Under the pieces are notes generated by a model. The model saw nothing but the letters and a program-made list of their open reading frames with translations. It searched no databases and was not told the DNA's origin. The translations under genes and the position numbers were made by a program. DNA of 64,000 nucleotides from Eledone cirrhosa (Eukaryota), in assembly GCA_964016885.1 (NCBI GenBank), contig OZ024743.1, positions 250,356,001-250,420,000 of the forward strand. The letters run 5' to 3'. Positions 60,701 through 64,000 of this stretch are shown here, in pieces (within the stretch, counting starts at the first letter, position 1; each line of letters opens with the position of its first letter).

Positions 60701-61120
60701 TCTATCCTTAAGTTCGTCTGACAGCCCCGATTGGGGTGCGTAAGCTGATATTATTGTGGTAATTGTTTTATTCAGGACTAGTCTGAGTTTAATGATTCTT
60801 GCATTTACCCTGTACACTGAGATTACTTTATCTACCCACTTCTCAGCTAGTAGTATACCTATACCACCCATCCCATCGTCATTTCCCACCCAGAAAAATT
60901 TGTAGCACCGACTTTTTCCTACCAGGACTCTGGCAGACTCTCCTCGCCATCTAGTCTCTTGCACACAGCATACGTCAACTTCCTTTCGCTCTAGCATTTC
61001 TATGATTTCTCTTGCTCTTCCTTTCATTGAGCCTACATTGATGGTACCAACTCGGAGTTTTGGGTATTTGTCGACACTCGTAGGGGAGGGTCTCTGGGTT
61101 GGCGCTTCACGTGGGTGCTT

Positions 61121-61122
<2 letters not shown>
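57719..61122 (-). mobile_element. RTE LINE family D with an uninterrupted ORF2; 5' UTR and start missing
   Basis: Single reading frame from KLRVGTINVGSM through YADD, C4HC3 finger and GRPK.TW; (ATC)n tail; (TA)n on both sides. Confidence 0.96.
57884..61122 (-). CDS. RTE ORF2 (APE + RT + PHD-like finger); true N-terminus absent, C-terminus reads into the 3' UTR
   Basis: Part of ORF 57884..61240. Relative to the copy near 37600 a short deletion after STRP shifts the frame past the stop seen there. Confidence 0.9.
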
Positions 61123-61189
<67 letters not shown>

Positions 61190-61204
61190 TACATATATAT
61201 ATAT

Positions 61205-61367
61205 AACAAAGGAGGTGTGGCAATGAACCAGATGGACCATAACGCAACACAGTACTCAGTACTTAGGGTAGTAGAGTGGGTAATAGGAAAAATGTTTGAC
61301 CCTGACGGCAGAGCTCAAGGAGTTTCGACGACTATTTCTTAATATATAGCCGTCAATATATAGCCGT
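61205..61367 (+). mobile_element. Arm + foldback element with a collapsed hairpin
   Basis: Shared arm plus the first half of the 62055 hairpin, then ATAGCCGTCAA remnants. Confidence 0.8.
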
Positions 61368-61390
61368 ATATATATATATATATATATATA

Positions 61391-61989
61391 TTTCTCTACC
61401 AGATATTTTGTTTTAGTCTCATTCATTCTCAGCCCCACACTCATCGACACAGTCTCAACCTCCCGCATCAAATCCTCTGCCTCCTTCACTGTATTTGTCA
61501 CCAAAACTATGTCGTCGGCAAATTCAGCATCCGATACCTTTTTCGCCCCAACTCTCCTGCTCTGAGCCGGTGCTACAGTAAAGCCAGAGTCCTGGTGTTT
61601 CTCCAGTGCAAGGCGCATACAATACATTCAGATGGTGGATGGGTGCTACACGAGAATGTTGAGGATGGCTCTGAACATTAATCAGTATACACTGAGGCTG
61701 AAAAACTCAGAGCTGTATGGGAGCATCCCAAGAGTCAGCTCAAAAGTGACACAGAGGAGACTGAGGTTGGCTGGACATGCTCACCAACATCCAGAGTTGA
61801 CATTGCACTCAGTGCTCCTTTGGGAGCCCCTACATGGACACACTAGAAGAGGAAGACCAAGGTTAACATATGTTGATGCCCTAAGGACAGACACTGGTCT
61901 GTTGGAGATGCAGGATATGGCAGCGATAATGAGGGACAGAGACCGCTGGAGAGAACTCGTCCATGGATCTCGGGAATTTTACCCGCCTT

Positions 61990-61992
<3 letters not shown>
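61391..61992. mobile_element. 5'-inverted, truncated RTE-like LINE of a distinct family in (TA)n
   Basis: Minus strand 61391-61627 encodes EFADDIVL..VGLRMNETKTKY; plus strand 61632-61991 encodes DGCYTRMLR..RRLRLAGH..RGRPRLTY..DRDRWR. Confidence 0.88.
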
Positions 61993-62054
<62 letters not shown>

Positions 62055-62058
<4 letters not shown>

Positions 62059-62252
62059 AAACTGTTTGACCCCGACAGCAGAGCTCAAGCCGTTTTGACG
62101 GCTATTTCTGGACTAAGTCCAGAAATAGCTGTCGAAACTCCTTGAGAACTGCCGTCAGGGTCGAACATTTTCCTATTACCCACTCTACTACCCTAAGTAT
62201 TGAGTACTCTGTTGCGTTATGGTCCATCTGGTTCATTACCACACCTCCTTTG

Positions 62253-62254
<2 letters not shown>
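62055..62254 (-). mobile_element. Arm + foldback element (~60-bp imperfect stem) in (TA)n
   Basis: Palindrome 62055-62175 centred on TCTGGACT-A-AGTCCAGA; shared arm 62176-62254. Confidence 0.85.
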
Positions 62255-62302
<48 letters not shown>

Positions 62303-62805
62303 CATATAAACTCATGTATAATATGAGAAATATGTGACAGAAAATCAATGGTATAATTAGGGTGATAGTTATATTTGAGGTCAATAATTTGCTGATTTTC
62401 ACCAACTTCAAAATTTTACATAAATAGTGTGCTGAAATATTTTCACTTTGGAGGTGAATATTACCCTGGTTTCACTGTCAATGATAAATTTGTATTTCTT
62501 ATTGGTTTTTATGTTTTGAATGAATATGGCCTTCAGAATGACTGGAAAGTGGTAATAATTCATTATGTAATGGAGTTGTGAAACAAAAACTATACATTAA
62601 ACAACACTTAAAACATTTTCAATATAAAATATTAAAACTTCATAAATATATTCTCCAGAATTTCAAAACTCCACTCTCTAATCATAATGTGTTGATATCC
62701 TGCCTCAGCTCATAAACAGGGTTTGGATTTTTTCCTATCTATCAGGCATAAAAGAGAGGTTTGGCTTATATTTGTGTATATATGGTACACATACATACAC
62801 ACACA

Positions 62806-62847
<42 letters not shown>

Positions 62848-63075
62848 CACACACATGTGAGTGTGCATCCATCATTTTTCCTTCTTGCTGATTTCTTCTT
62901 TGACATTTTAAGACAAATTATTCAACGTAAAATTACTTCTGATTTCTCCCACCAATTTAAAGAACCTAATTATTTTCCATTACTCTTACTTGGTTTGAGG
63001 GTTTGTGTGTGTAGATTTTGTCTAATTGAGCATTGCCCCAGACCAATGACTGAAACAAGTAAAAGAATAGTATAT

Positions 63076-63638
63076 ATGGAGGAGAGTGCTCTGAGACCAT
63101 AATAACTAAAATAAGGATAGGATGGAAAAAGTTCAGAGAGCTACCTACTCCCAGTGCTGACAACAAAAGTTTTCTCCCTATGAAAAAAATGACGCCTGTG
63201 TGTGAAGTGCAATGCTGCATGGTAGTGAAACAAGGGCTGTGACTGCAGAGGACATGCACAGACTGGAGTGAAATGAAGCAACCATGTTTCATTGGTTGTG
63301 CCATGTAAGTGTGAGAGAAAGGCAGAGCTTGGACGAGTTGAGGGAGAAGCTGGATTTAAGAGAAATCTGAGGTGGTGTGCAGGAGAGGAGAATGCATTGG
63401 TATGGATATAGGATACACATGAACAATGATCTTTGTGTGAAGAAGTGCCAGGAAATGCCAGTGGAAGGAAGTCATGGTAGAGGTAGACCAAGAAAGACCT
63501 GTGAGAACTGACTGCAAATCACTGAGACTCACAGAGATGATGATAAAGGATCATGTCATGGGGAGAGATGCACTGCTCAGAAGGACCTGTCCATCCCATG
63601 TAAGCATAGAAAAGTTGACGTAAAAATGATGATGATGA
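63076..63638 (+). mobile_element. Degenerate 3' fragment of a family A-like RTE
   Basis: Aligns with 2620-3200 (GGATGGAAAAAGTTCAGAGAGCT, ATGCTGCATGGTAGTGA, GACGTAAAAATGATGAT). Confidence 0.88.
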
Positions 63639-63839
63639 CATACATATATACATATATATATATATATGTGTAGAGAGAGAGCAAGAGATAGGTAGGTAAA
63701 ATCCTAACTGTGGCACCAAGCGGTTTTAGTTTGTGTATTCAGCAAGCCTTTACTAGGGTGTATACCCACTCTGCATCTCCCCATGCATTGAGTACTCCCA
63801 TGATTAGTAGTTTCCCCAGCCAAGCCCTACATACTCTCC

Positions 63840-63916
<77 letters not shown>

Positions 63917-64000
63917 ATTTAACATTCGTTTTCTTTGCAAGCAAGGATTGGATTGGCTATCACAGATCAAGTCCACACTCAAATGAAACCAATGGTATTT

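Noticed and set aside
61123-61240. N-terminal 40 aa of the 1118-aa ORF as a real RTE N-terminus
   Set aside because: The frame runs through a (TA)n tract into an unrelated arm+foldback element.
61205-62254. Single composite TIR transposon carrying the inverted LINE fragment
   Set aside because: The same arms occur in the opposite arrangement at 56250/56851 and each has its own (TA)n flanks, so independent insertions are simpler.

Overview
This is AT-rich eukaryotic, repeat-dominated DNA with no supportable host gene. The SINE/RTE repertoire and dense (TA)n/(ATT)n microsatellites suggest an invertebrate, most likely an octopod cephalopod; that assignment is inference. The window holds about ten RTE-clade LINE copies or fragments from several families, most with a PHD-type C4HC3 finger inserted in ORF2. 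It also holds two head-to-tail Tx1-clade LINEs (one with an intact 1139-aa ORF2), an R4/Dong 3' fragment, a Penelope GIY-YIG fragment, more than 12 copies of one tRNA-derived SINE, a non-autonomous Helitron and foldback MITEs. Main observations: (1) Tx1 LINEs and the SINE share a 3' tail and stack in (ATT)n together with Dong, while RTEs and other elements sit mostly in (TA)n. (2) A GNRA-hairpin plus H-type-pseudoknot RNA module with compensatory changes is tandemly repeated in RTE UTRs. (3) An unclassified group of 'arm + terminal foldback' elements with a GAGTACTCAA core occurs in (TA)n. (4) There are bipartite, chimeric and 5'-inverted RTE derivatives. Family labels A-E and S1 are my own working names, and all alignments were made by eye.
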